The notes under the pieces were generated by a model. The model saw only the letters and a program-made list of their open reading frames with translations, was not told where the DNA came from and ran no database searches. Positions 1 to 14,977 of a stretch of 64,000 nucleotides of DNA are shown here, piece by piece (position 1 is the stretch's first letter; every line of letters begins with the position of its first letter). The translations under genes were made by a program, and so were the position numbers. The DNA lies in assembly GCF_009914755.1 (NCBI RefSeq), contig NC_060942.1, one strand, 5' to 3'. Source of the stretch: the human T2T-CHM13v2.0 reference genome, Homo sapiens.

Positions 1-70
1 ACCACCGCACTCCAGCCTGGGTGACAGAGCGAGACTCCATCTCAAAATAAATAAATAAATAAATAAATAA
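1..70 (+). mobile_element. 3' end of an Alu with (AAAT)n tail
   Basis: gcactccagcctgggtgacagagcgagactccatctcaaaa. Confidence 0.9.
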
Positions 71-1796
71 TTTTGAAAAAAGAAAGAAAAAATTAAAATA
101 AACACACATTTTACTCTCTCAGCACTGGCACCGTTAGGAAAGAAGAATGAACATTGGCAGTGTGGAGTCCCCGAGAAGCCACCCCTGTGGCCTGCTTCTG
201 GCTGGAGAAGAGAGTCACGAGTTGGGGTCACAGAGCACTGTGGTCAGAATGTAAGGCTCTGTCCTGCTTTACTGGGGCAAGATAGCATTAGTAGACACCT
301 GACGACAGGTATTTGCACAAGTCCAGAAATGCATTCATCTCTCCCTTTGTCCCTACATTTGCTCATTTTGCCATTCTACAGGCACATGCCAATTGCCCCC
401 GGGAGCCTGACACTGCTGGCCACAGAGAGTTGCCAGTCACTGCTGCAGGCTCCAAAGGGTCCTCCTTTGCCCAGTACCCCCTGCAGGTATGTGTCAGACA
501 TACCTACATGCTGAGCACCATGCCAGGATGAAGAATCCAGAGACAAGGGACACATGGCTTCATCATCAAGGAGCTGCCTGTAGTGGGCTAACAATCTCCA
601 TCCTTCCAGAATAGGCTGAGATTTTGGAAATAGTACAGGTTTTCTTGACCTTCATTCATTCATTCATTCATTATGTATTTCTTGAGAACCAGCACTGCTG
701 TAAGCATGGGAATACAAAGCGGACACAACAGACATGGTCCCTGCCCTCAAGTAGCTTACATGCTGGTGGTGTGGAGACAGATGATACAACACAAGCTTAC
801 CACAATCGGCTTATTTGCTCCAGGTAAGCAAATGGAGAAAAACATACAGAAGCAGTTTCTCATGATGCTTTCTAGGAAGACAATAGGAAGAATCAGTGAT
901 GTACAACCATTGCTGAGTGAGGGAGTAACATCACTCCGGGGAGAGAGTTTGGGTTTAAAAACAGATAAGTAAGGATCTCAGAGTCCAGGGAACAATTCAT
1001 GAGTCTGAAGCAGCCTGGGAAGCCAACCCCAAATAAACGTTCTGGAGTATTCTTGGAGTAAATGTAGGGGCATCTAAGGGACTTGGAAGTGTTTGACACT
1101 CATCCTGGATAAAATGTGGAATTAATGGATTCTAAGGTATCACCTAAAGTTATTTAACTTTATATCTAAACTAGGTTTAAGTTGTCTTAATTTCAGGTGT
1201 GTACATGTCTTTTCTCTCTAATTAACTGAAAATTCCTTGAATACGAAAACCAGATGCATCTTTCCTTCTTTCTCTCCTCCCCACAGCCTTGCACAAGTCC
1301 AGAAATCTGCTCATTTTTTCCCCATGTTCAGACATTCATTCATTCTCTTAATCCACAGGCACGTGCCAATTGCCTGCAGGTGCCTGATGCTGCGCTTGGC
1401 TCCAGAGCGCAGATTCCGAGAGTAACAGGACACATCCTTGCCCCCGCGTGGCTCAAGGGGCCAGGGGAAACAGATTGGCGTAACTACTATTGTGACAATA
1501 CTATGCACAACTGGCCCCAGAGCTGTCCCAGTCATGGAGCTGTGTTGTGGGACACACACGGGCATGTCCCCGCCCCTGGCCCTGGGACACTGTGGCAGTG
1601 ACCACTCCCTCACTTCCTTCAGGTCTCTGCTCCAACGCCCCTTTGCCATGGAGGCCTTCCCTGACCACTCCCCTTCGCTCCCTCTCCCCTTACCCTGCCC
1701 TGTGTTTCTCCACAGCGCCATTACCACCTGACAGTACATTTCTTTATTGTCTTTGCAATTCTGTGAAGCAGAGATCTTGTGCTTGGCACAGATGGT

Positions 1797-1880
1797 TGGA
1801 AGGAAGGAAGGAAGGAAGGAAAGAAGGAAGGGAGAGAGGGAGGGAGGGAGGAAAGGGAAAGAGAGTTAAGAAAGGAAGGA
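1797..1880. repeat. (GGAA)n/GA-rich simple repeat at the end of an L2 fragment
   Basis: Read directly from the sequence. Confidence 0.9.
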
Positions 1881-3339
1881 AGATACTGTGAGTCACCAAC
1901 CCTGAGCAATCTGAAAAGAGTTTCCCTGGGCTGAGAAGACAGGAACAAGCAGTTCAGGCAAAAGGAACCTGCAAAGTCAAGGAGGCCGGAAGAAACCACA
2001 GTGCAAAGTGCTAAGAGTTTGGAGCAGAGAGGCAGGAGGTAAGGCCAGAGAGGTGGGTGGGGACATCTTCTGAAGGGGCTTGAGGCCAGCAAAGTCCTTG
2101 GGCTGTAGGAAGGATCTAGAGCAGTACAGCAAAGGACCGGGAAGAAGGCGTGCTGGAACAGAGAGAGATGGAGACTGAACAGAGGCTTGCTGGCAAGGGC
2201 CTACTTGATCTAGCAGCTTTCAGATGGTGCCAGCAGAGCGGGGAGGCAAAAGAGTCCCCAAGCAGAGGGTCCAGCTGGGGTAGTGTCTGGGGGGCTTCGT
2301 GGAGGAGGTAGGTGAGCCCTGTGCAGGCCATACCAGAAGGAAAGCAAGTGTGGCATTCAGGTGGGCCCTTGGTGCATCTCAATCAGCAGGACAGTGGGAA
2401 AAGAGAGAGAGCGCGTAAGGTCCCAGAGGCAAGCTCTCTGAGGCTGACGGCGCCCGCTCCTCCCATCTCTGCTTTCCAGATAAACATGCTCCCCTTCCAC
2501 CCCCACCATGGACTTACGCTAATAATCCAGCCAGGAAATTCCCGCTTAGACAGGAACCCACCTTCCAGGGCTTTACAACCAGACCTTCCTCTCATTACCT
2601 ATCCCCGACCCTGGCTCCCACCCCTCCTGAATTGGCCTTGAGTGGTCTCCGCCCATCCCCACCCCTGCCATGCCTGTTGCCATCTCAAGGCCAGGATGCG
2701 TCCCAGACACAACTCAGCCCCCACCTCTCGTTAGCCTTGGAGGAACACTGGCGTTTGCTCTCTCCGGGCTCAGCACTGCCTAGGGGAGAAGAAGGTGCAG
2801 GGGCTGGGTTTCCTCCCATCTTTTTGTAGCCCTCTGGGCTGTACTGCCCTGTCCATCCCCCCTTTTCTACCCCCACAAAGTAGAGGAGGGCAAGATTCAC
2901 CCCAGCGCAGGGTTCTCTCCCTCAGGACTCCTGCCAAGAAGTAGATGCCTGGTAAGGGCACAACCTGTCCAGAAATGAGGAAGTCCGTGGAAGCCACCCC
3001 ACCCCACCCCACCCCACTTAGAGGGCTAGGGAAGATACATTATACTTATATAGCACTGCTCCTTACAGCTCTAAAGTCACTTTTTGGTGCAAAAACATGA
3101 AAATGTATTATGTATGACTTGGTATCACATTTGATAAATTTAGATAGTTTTTCAGAAAAGCAAACCAATAACACCTCACTGAGAGACAAGAAATTCCCTT
3201 TCCCCCAAATTTCCAAGTTATTTTCACAGCCTTCCCAGCTCTCCTTTGGAGAGAGGAGAGGCAGAGACACCCCTGCTCCCCAGGAGCAGGCTCTGGGGAG
3301 AGGCTGTGAAGCCGCTCTTCTGGTGCAGGCACACCCGGC

Positions 3340-3595
3340 CCTCCGTGGGATGTCAAATTGATTAACTTCATCATGGTCGTGAGCTCCCTAATGTTTTTCT
3401 TTGAAATGTCTCGGCTCTAAACGATCGTGACCCAAGGCAATTTACAGTTACTTCCATTTTTTTTAATGAAGTCTGATTTAATAGTCGGAATGGTTAATGG
3501 CCTCGTCTGTCACACATAATAAAACAGAGCCTAATTGTATTTTAAAAAGGCCCTTTTGGTATGAACAGAAGGAACAACTTGATTGAATTGTGAGA
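3340..3595. promoter_or_regulatory. Candidate developmental enhancer / conserved non-coding element
   Basis: Non-repetitive AT-rich block with clustered homeodomain, PBX, MEIS and TCF motifs and retained CpGs. Conservation cannot be verified here. Confidence 0.4.
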
Positions 3596-5336
3596 GAGGG
3601 CTTTGGGGTGTGCTAAGATGTCTTCCCAAGGGCGCCAGACACTTTCTTCCTGAGTCGCCATCAACCCCTCCCGCCCACTCCCCACATAGTTCTTTTTACT
3701 AAAGGAATTTCATAACTCTCCCAACCAGTCATGACCCATGGCTGTCTGCAGCTTCCTTGCAAAACCCCATCGAGGGCTCCCAGGACTTCACACACCCTCC
3801 CATAATTACAGCCCTCCAGGCCCTCCCACAGAAGCAAATGGCCTGACACCCATTTTACACTTGGGAAAACAGAGGCTGGCTGGCTGGACTTGCTGAGAGC
3901 CCCAGGGCAGGGAGTCAGTGCCTCGGTGGACCCTGTTGCCAGCTGGCACTCCCCACCCGGCCAGATGGCCTGCATGCCCTCCTCCACTGTGGCAGAATGA
4001 GGCCCACGAGCCAGGCCAGGCATCATGCAAACTATCCTCTCCGAATCACTGTGGTCAACCCCTGAATCCAAAACCCATGGAGAAACTGAGGCCGAGAGAA
4101 GTAATTTCAGAGCCTAGAGCTTCCTCCAAGGGACCTGAGTTTCAATTTTGGGTCACTGAGCAAATAACAAACTAATCTTCCATAAAACACAAAAAGCAGG
4201 TTCCCTCCAACCCCCCCACTGCAGGGGTACCTGGGAACTCCCACAGAAGTCTGGCAGGGACTCCCCATCTTCCACCCTCCCCTGGCCTGACCACCGGTGT
4301 GTTCCAGCAGTCCCTGAGCAAGCCCAGCCTGGAGCTGTGGTTGAGGTTTACCAGTTAGCCAAGGCCTGAGGGTCTGCTGCAGTCTAGGTTAACACCACAC
4401 TGAATGACAGTGGCTCTCCTTGGGAGTGAGGGGCAGTGAAAAGAGCATGGGACTTGGTGTCATGAGGCCACAGGTTGGTTAGCCACCAACAAGCCATGTG
4501 ACCTTGAATGGGTGCTCCCCTCTCAGAGGGCCAGCTTCCCATCTGTAAACTTGTCCTGGCCTTTCCCGCCCCATTGGGCCTTTTTGAGGGTCACTGAACA
4601 TAAACACTGCAGAAATCCCAACATCGCACCATGACATCTTCAGCACCCCCTGCTATGTGGTCACCTCACACATGCCCTGACTTCAGTGGGAGGCTTGCTG
4701 AGGACGAGCGAGGGGCCAGGTGGGCTCACAGAGCCAGCCTGAAGCAAGGCTAGACTCCTGTGGAAGAAGCACCCAGATCAAGGGGACGGCTCAGCCCCAC
4801 CAAGGCCTGTACCCTGCAATCTTGGGAAATGGGGCCTGTCTGGACCTCCCACTCTTCATCATAAAGCCTCTTTTAAGTGCTGATGCCCAAATGAGGGGGA
4901 GTAAGGAGCATGTGGGCTCCTGTCCAGTGTCTATGGCCGGAGGGGCAGGCAGCTGGGAGAGGCATCCAGGCAGGACTGCCGAGGTTCTCCTGTGCTTGGC
5001 TGGGCAACAGGCCTGAAGGCTGGGGCCAGAACTAGCAGACAGTCTCTAGGGGCAGGGCCCATGGCTGTGCACGTCTGTCTGGCTTCTCTAATAAGGGGAA
5101 GGGGGGTCATGAGTATGGAAGCCTTCTAGCCTCTGGGCAGGAAGGTACAGGGAATTAATGGGTTCCAGTCAGACAGACCAGGTTCCAGCTTGCCCAGCTT
5201 CCAAAATAGGTGATTTGGACCTTATCCCCATCAGGAATGGATAGGCAGCGATCAGGACTTGGAGGGTGTGAGCAGACCACACAGGACCATCCTTACCCAA
5301 GCATCAGAAACTCCTACTGGCCCAGGAACAACCTAC

Positions 5337-5375
<39 letters not shown>

Positions 5376-6289
5376 TCTGTGTCTCCAGTTTAATTCAATC
5401 TGAAAAGGTCAAAAGGACAAACAAAAGCAGATACCTGAAATATCAGGGGCAGAGGCTCTGCTGGCAAGACAAATTAAAATAAGTCCTTTCAAAAAGAAAT
5501 TCTGGTGACTCTTTGTCACCAGAAGTTCCAACTGGACACAGGGACACATTCTCCTCAGGGACATGAGCAAGGACACGTGTAGTCCTGACTGCCCCTGGCA
5601 GCCGTCTTGTCACTATAAGAAATGAACCCAAAGATGACTCTAGCATGTCCCTTGCTTCCCTTCCTCCCCAACTCAGACTCCTTTAAATACACCCTCAGTT
5701 TCCTGGGCCCTCGCTTTCCCTGCTCTGCCCCTCTCAAAGCCCCAGTGCTGATTAAACTGAGTCAATCCTCTTTGCACCTGCACAGAGGCAGAGGGAAGAC
5801 AGTTGGAGAAAGGCGCACAGTGGGCTGTATCGGTCAGCACGGACCATGCCACTGTAACAACCAACCCCAGCCTCAGGGCCCGGCTGCTTCAGAGGTAGAA
5901 TGTGCTTTCACTTGTAGAATGTGCTCACTGCAGACTGGCTGTGGCTCTGCTGCTCATTGTCTTCACTCCGGTCTCCAGGATGATGGAGCAGCTCCCCTGG
6001 GATATGGCCAGTTGGCCAAGGGGTAAAGAACATGGTGACGACATGCTGTTTCATAAAGCTTCCACTTAGACATGATACATATCACTTCCATCCATGTTTT
6101 GTTGATCAATGCAAATCTTATGCTCAAGCCTGATGTCATCAGAGAAGGAAAATATAGTTCTCCTCCAGAGAGAGCTGGTGAATTTTTTTGCAGAATAATA
6201 ACAGTCTAGCAAACAAGCATACTGTCTCGCCTAAAAGGCGTGACCACTCACGCCAAATGGGCTGTTGATGCCTTCAGGAACTCTCCTCC

Positions 6290-8270
6290 ATTTGCCCAGT
6301 CCACTCAATTCCCCAACTCCTTGACCCCTACTTTATGCCTTCTCCACTTATCCGAAATGCCCAGCACATCCTTCCTCATTTTCACTCTAACTAACTAATG
6401 ACTTGCCTTCTTATGTCCCTGAGGAGGTAGAAGCAACCACAAGACAGCTTTCACTCACCTTGGCCACCAAGTCTACTCACTCAGCTGTGCCTGAGTGCAT
6501 GCCCTCGGCCTGCTTTCCTTTCACTGTGCTTGAAGTCTCCACACTGCTCTCAAAGGCCCTTCCATGTGTGCACTCAAGTCATCTCCTATCACCTGCTCGC
6601 AGTCATCACCCCAATATCCTGACATCCTCCGTTTTCCCTTCTCCTTAGGATTGAGCATGCTGCCTTATCCCTTATTTTTAAAAAAACACTTGCTTGACCA
6701 ACCTCCTTCTCCAGCTGCCACCCATTTCTGTGCTCCTGTTTGCAGAAAATGCCCTTCAAAAATCTCTGTGCTCCATCCCAAATTCCTCAATTTCCATTCT
6801 CTCTTGGCTTATTCCATTTGGGGGTTTTGTCCACCACCCATAGAAACTGGTCTTGTCTAGTCACCAATTACCTCCACATTGTTAATCTAATAGTCAGTTC
6901 TTACCTTTCTCACCCACCAGCAGCATTTAGACACAGACAAATCCCATCTTCCTGAAACTTGGTCACAGGGATGGCACTGAGACCCTTTGGTCCCCTCGTA
7001 TTTTCCTGGTCATTCTGTTCAGTCTCCTTACTAGTTTCGACTCATCTTTCCAATCCTTAAACTTGGGAGAATCCAGGAATCTACCTTCTTTTCTCCCATG
7101 CTCAGGTCCTGGGTGTGTGGCACATCAGTCACACAACATTGAGCACCCCTGCATCCTATAGACATCAAACTTAGGTTTCAAGCCCCATCATCTCCCCAGA
7201 GTTCAGATTTGCATCTTCAGTTGCCTAATCAACAGCTCCTCTTGGACAAAGGTTTAAAAACATCCAAAACTAAACTCTTTATTTTAACCCATAAATCTAC
7301 TACTCCCCTATTGCCCCCCAGTCTTCTGCCTCAGTTATTAGAAGCTCCATTCTTCAAGTCATTCAGGTCCAAAACCTTGAGTTTTCAATTAATCCAATTC
7401 ATCAGCAAACTGTTTGTCCCACCTTCAAAATATATCCCAAATCTGACCACTTCTGCTACTACCCTGGTCCATCATCTTTGACCTGGGCTATTATTTTCCC
7501 CTGTTGGCCTTTTATTTTTTATTTCTTTATTTTTTAGAGATGGTGTCTTGCTGTGTTCCCCATGTCGGATTCAAACTCCTGGGCTCAAGCAATCCTCCAG
7601 CCTCAGCCTCCCAAGTAGCTGGGATTACAGGTACACGCTACCACGCCTGGCTTGGACTATTGCAACCACCATTCAACTAAGCTTCCTGCTGTTGCACTTG
7701 CCCTTCTCCAGGAGGGAGTGATTCTTTAAGACGAAGTCAATCCAGGCACTCCTCTTCTCAAAATCCTGAAAGGGCTTCAGTACATCCAGCATCCTTACTA
7801 TGGCCTCCACAGCCTGTGTGAGCTGGCCCACTGCTTCCACCTCCCCATCTTCAGCTCCCAGCACACCTCACCTGCCGCACCCTGGCCATGCTGACGTCCC
7901 AAACTCACCAAGCCACTCTGCCATCAGCCGCGGTGCTTGCTCTTCCTTCAGCCTGGAAGGTTCTTCTCCCAGACACTCACTTGGCTTGCTTCCACTGGTC
8001 CCTGCACGAATGCCATTTTATCAGAGAGGTCCTCTCTGACCATTCTATGTAAAAGAGACTCCTTAGTTTCTGTCACTTTCTAGTCCTTGCCCAGCTTATT
8101 TTTACATAATTTATCACCACGTGCACTTGTTTTGTCTGTCTCTCCAAAATAGAAAGTTAATGCCAAGATAAGTGATTTTGATTGTTCATTGATATGACTC
8201 CAGCCCCTAGAGCAGTGCCTGACATGAAGTATTCACCTGATAAATATTCATTGAATGAACAAATGAATGG
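6290..8270 (+). mobile_element. Fragmented L2 element(s)
   Basis: C/T-rich L2-like motifs, ending in cagtgcctgacat...taaatattcattgaatgaac. Confidence 0.6.
7512..7654 (-). mobile_element. FLAM/Alu monomer
   Basis: Antisense left-arm consensus preceded by a T tract. Confidence 0.85.
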
Positions 8271-8339
8271 AGGATAGTGGAACACAGAGATAGGAAGTAA
8301 CTCACTCCTTGGCAATATGGGGCCTGGGCTACTTTGGTG

Positions 8340-9680
<1,341 letters not shown>

Positions 9681-10308
9681 CAGTTTTAGAGATTATCTAT
9701 AATCTAACAACTCCCAAATTTATATCTACAGCCCCATTGTCTCCCTGATATCTAGAGTTGTATATTCAACAACTTCTGGAATGTCAAATAGGCATTTCAA
9801 ACCATATATACACAGAAGGAATTTCTCAATTATTTCTTTCACATTACTCCACCTACAGCCTTTGTCATCCCAATAACTTGAACCTCCATCCTTCACAGCA
9901 AACTTGAAGACATCCTTGACTCCTCCTTTTCTTTACATTCAACCCATCAGCAAATTCTTAAATGAACATCCAGAATGAATTGATACAACCGAGATTTGCA
10001 TACAAATAAAATGGCAGGGGGAAATAGGTGGTGTATAAATAAAACAGGTGGAGTGTAAAGATCAGCCATGAGATGAAAATTGTTGCAGCTGGGTGATGGG
10101 TATATGGTTGTGATTCTATTCTGTATTTTTATGTTTCAAGTTATGTATATCTCAAACCACTTCTCATCCTGGTCTACATCACTACCATCTTGCCTGGATT
10201 GTTGCACTAGCCTCATAACAGGGCACACAGCTTCTCTCCTTGCCCCTATATAGGTTATTCTCAATCCAGCAGCTAGAACAAAGCAGTCATTTTAAAATTA
10301 AGTCATAT

Positions 10309-10620
10309 TGGCTGGGTGTGGTGGCTCATGCCTGTAATCCCAGCATTTTGGGAGGCCAAGGCAGATAGATCATTTGAGGCCAGGAGTTCGTGACCAGCCT
10401 GGCCAACATGGTAAAACCCCGTCTTTACTAAAAATACAAAAATCAGTTGGGCATGGTGGTGCATGCCTGTAATCCCAGCTACATGGGAGGCTGAGGCACA
10501 AGAATAGCTTGAACCTGGGAGGCAGACATTGCAGTGAACTGAGATCAATGCCACTGCACTCCAGCCTGGGCGACAGAGCGAGACTCCGCCTCGAAAATAA
10601 ATAAAATAAAATAAAATAAA
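10309..10620 (+). mobile_element. Alu (Sz/J-like)
   Basis: Full-length dimer; TSD aag(t/c)catatt. Confidence 0.92.
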
Positions 10621-11419
10621 GCCATATTATGTCACGCTCAGCTCAAAACTCACTAATGGCTTTCCAGCTTATTAGGAAAGCAAAGACCTTCTAATAGTCT
10701 ACAAGGCTCACAGTTATCTTTCTGTCTTTATTTTACTTACTTCCCTGCCCTCTTGTTCATAATTATTTTGTAGAATGTCCCCAGATTTGGTTTTTCTGAT
10801 GTTTTGTCATGATTAGAACCAGGTTCTGTATTTTGACAGAAAACTCACCTAAGTGATTGATGTGTACCTTCCCAGTACTTCGCATCAGGAGGCATATGCT
10901 ATCTACTTGTCCCATTACCGGTGTTGTTAAACTTGATCACTTCGTTAAGGAGCTTCCACCATGTCTCTCCACTGTATAGATGTCACTTTGAGAAAGTGAC
11001 ATTTATATTTGCAATTGATGACTAATCTGTGCAAATATCCCAATCACCAAATAACTTTCACCCAAGAGTTTTAGTGTCCGGTGATCCTTGTGATCCTTGA
11101 CTGAATCAGTTATTACTATGGTAGCTACATTATGGTGACTTTTTCCCACATTTACTGGTTGGTATTATCTGTAAGGACATGCTCTCTTCTCACCAGGTAG
11201 GAACTATTCTAAGGGTTGAGGTTAGTGTCATGAGATAAAGTCAGAGAGATAGTGAGTCCAGACCATGAGCACCTTCTGGACCATGCTAAAGGACTTTGGC
11301 TTCATTGTAAGCACAATAAGAAAGCAGTGAAGGTCTTGAGCATGGGAGAAACATGATTACCTTTTGAAAAGATCAAATTCTCTTACCATTTTTCACCTCT
11401 CAGACTGAAATATTTTTCC

Positions 11420-11708
11420 CCCCAGGCTGGAGTGCAGTGGTGTGATCTCAGCTCACTGCAACCTCTGTCTTTCAGGCTCAAGTGATCCTTCCATCTAGCC
11501 TCCTGAGTAGCTGGGACCACAGGTACACGCCACCATGCCTAGCTAATTTTTGTATTTTTTGTAGAGGTGGGGTTTCACCATGTTGCTCAGACTGATCTCA
11601 AACTCCTGTGTTGCCCTGGCAGGTCTCAAACACCTGGGCCCAAGAAATCCACCAGCCTTGGCCTCCCAAAGTGCTAGGATTACAGGCATGGGCCACAATG
11701 CCTGGCCT
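11420..11708 (-). mobile_element. AluJ with a small internal duplication
   Basis: Antisense Alu; the tgttgc...tctcaaac..ctg block is repeated at ~11581-11637. Confidence 0.85.
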
Positions 11709-11971
11709 GAAAGAGTTAAATAAGTTTGATAATACACTGAGTTAATGAGGATATGTGGCAAGAAGGCATTCTTATTCATAACTAGTGATGGTATACACTG
11801 ATACAAATTTAGGCGTCCTGTGGTACCTGGCGCATTGGCTACATCTAAGACCACCTAGGTATGTCAGTGAGCTTGGCTCTGCTCAAAATATTTGACTTCT
11901 CTTTTAAAAACTGTTATCAGAATTAATTTATGAACCACAAAGAAAAGCAGTCTCGTTGCTTCATTTCCACC

Positions 11972-11984
11972 TTTATTCTTTATT
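11972..11984 (-). terminator. Tandem AATAAA pair, candidate far-distal SMAD2 poly(A) site
   Basis: ctttattctttatt gives AATAAAGAATAAAG on the minus strand, with a U/GU-rich element (ttttctttgtggtt) about 30 nt downstream. Confidence 0.55.
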
Positions 11985-13654
11985 ACCAACACCAAACAGC
12001 ACCTCAGGTGGTAGTCAACTAAGTAATTCCTGGCTGTTTTCTACAGCGGACCTAGTGAAAAACCAATGGTGCCTAAGGCGGTGCTGAAGGAAGAATTCTC
12101 AGCAGCAGTTCTCAACAACAGATCACAGAAACAAGGCTGTCCTCCTCGGGCATCTCTGGGGAGGTGGAGGTCAAAGGGATGGAGACGTTCTGTGCCGTTA
12201 CGGAAAGAGGCAGTCCCTGTACTTGGGGGTCAGATAGGAAGCATTCCAGTTTCTCTAGTTTCTTCTTTCCCCTTCCTCTTTATTCAGTTCCTTGAAGCAT
12301 ATGGCAGATGCCAGCTGGTGGTAAAGGAATGACAGTTTTCCAGGCCAGAGCAAGCAAGGTGAGGGGTGGGGATGGTATTCTATATCCCTCCAATCTGGAA
12401 CTGGAACCAGGTAGAGATAAGGATAACCTGTGGGGGAATTGTGAAGTAGACTAGCCAGTGTAGATGTGTGCACTTATGCAGAGTGGCCTACCTGCCCCCA
12501 CCCCACCTCCTTCCTAGTGAGCTGAGGAGGACTTGGAACCAGAAAGACAATGAAGCACTCAGGCCTGTGCCAAGTCTTCCAGACTCCTCTTCCCTCCAGG
12601 TCGGAGCTCAAGAACCGGGCAGTGATTCCCATCTTATAAGAGCTTTGTTGGATGACAGCCAATGTTCAGCCTTGTCTGTCTGTAATTCTCTTTAAATCTT
12701 CTGAGGTTTCCCCATTACTAAGCTCCCGCCCCCTGACCCTCTCTTTGCCTGAAGATGAAGCTTTCAGGCAGATGTTATTTTTTCCCACTATGTACCTGTT
12801 ACTTGGGTGGAGATTTCTTTTTAATTCTCCAACCAAAAAGAACTACTCATTTCCTTTTGCCTCATGGCCTGAGACATACTTGGATACAGAGTGGGGTGGA
12901 CTCACTGAGAAACCTTTTAAAGAGAAGATGCAGTATCATTTAAATGCACAATAGACTTCTAGCCCATTTGCCAAAAGCCATCCCAAAGAGGGCTGATATC
13001 GTCTGTTAAATGCTGTAATTACAGAGTTGAAACACATACTCTTTCAGACATGAAGTCAGAGGGCTTCTGCCATCCTGCCTGCCTAGACGAGCTGATCTGA
13101 GTACAATCACAGAGGAACACTGGAAGATACCACAGCCCAGGTAGCCAGCCTGGGAAATGGTTTCTCATACTGCAAAGAAGTCATCTGACCCAGAAATACT
13201 AAGAACCAAGTGAATTCCAAATTGCACACACGAGAAGAAAGTAAGAGGTCGCCAACCAAGTCATTTCCCTGTCCCCAAACCTCCTGAGCCTTCTCCTTGC
13301 CCCCTTCCCACCTCTTCCCTACCACTTACCTCTCTCCCTCCTCCCACTGCACACTCACCATCCCCACTGTGCCTCTGCTCAGGTTATGCTGTCAAAGTCA
13401 AATGCTATCCACCCTCCCTGCCCACCTTAATTGCCCCCACTGGAACCCTGCAGCAGTTTATGCTACAGACTGGGCTTTCAATCACCTGATTCCACACTGC
13501 CTTATAATTGGCATTAGTGGCACCTGTGACAGCAAATCAAGGTCCTCCCAAATAAAAAGTATCTTTTTCCTACAGTTTCCACAAGGCTAGGCACAAAATT
13601 GGTGCTTAAAAAGACTGATTGACCAACTAACATTTGACTTGGAAATATAAATAA

Positions 13655-13790
13655 AGCCCAGGCATGGTGGCTCATGCCTGTAATCCCAACACGTTGGGAG
13701 GCTGAGGTGGGAGGATCACTTGGGCCCAGGAGTTTAAGACCAGGCTGGGCAACACAGCAAGATCCTGTCTCTGTTAAAAAAGAAGAAAGG
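13655..13790 (+). mobile_element. FLAM monomer
   Basis: Left-arm-like monomer with A-rich tail. Confidence 0.85.
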
Positions 13791-14192
13791 AAATGTAAAT
13801 AAAATAGTCCCATGCATCAGCAACAGCCGCCACAGCTGAACTGTCACACTTTTGCACCATCTTCTGAATTCAGCATCGTCTTCCTTAGACTGTGGGATGC
13901 AAATCGTGGTTTTCTTATGCCAAAACAACTTCCGTGCCTGTCTTGTACTCTGAAGACAGTAATTATTAGCCTCGAAGTTTTCTGTTGGCATGAGCACTAC
14001 GATCCCCCAAGGAGTGGAATGCAGTAGCTACAGTTTCAACTGACACACATCTGACTCTATCCCCCAAGCCCCAAATGTGCAATAAAGAAAGTAAAAATTA
14101 GTTGCTGTCCACTTGGCTTCCAGGAACAGGGTGAAAACTTCAGATCTTATGGCCTGCCACACTGGAAGGCCTACTCTGATTTGAAAGAAGCT

Positions 14193-14588
<396 letters not shown>

Positions 14589-14977
14589 TCAACCATGCAT
14601 CTCCTCCAGACCCCATCCTCACTCCAAACATACACATATTCCAAAGTTCATCAGAACCTTTGATCACAAAACAGACAATGAGAGCAGCTGATCAAAATGG
14701 AACCCTATGAAAGGCAAAGAGCAGGGTGGAGGAAACATACCATGCATTTCAAGGAAAACAACTTAAAAATTAATGAGCTCTCAGGAAAAGATGGCATCAC
14801 AAGAGAATCAACCAACCTAGATCTTCTGAGCACCTGTCAGTCGATCAAGAAGCATTTATTGCATGCCTACCATATATAAAGCACTGCTGGAAATGTTGAA
14901 GCAGACACAAAGATGTAGCATATATAAAAAGGAAATGTTTGGGAAAAAGTGATTTTAGCCTCTGACCTCAAGGTGCT

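Noticed and set aside
1797-1880. (GGAA)n as an EWS-FLI1-type microsatellite enhancer
   Set aside because: Only about 5 consecutive units; most simply an expanded L2 tail.
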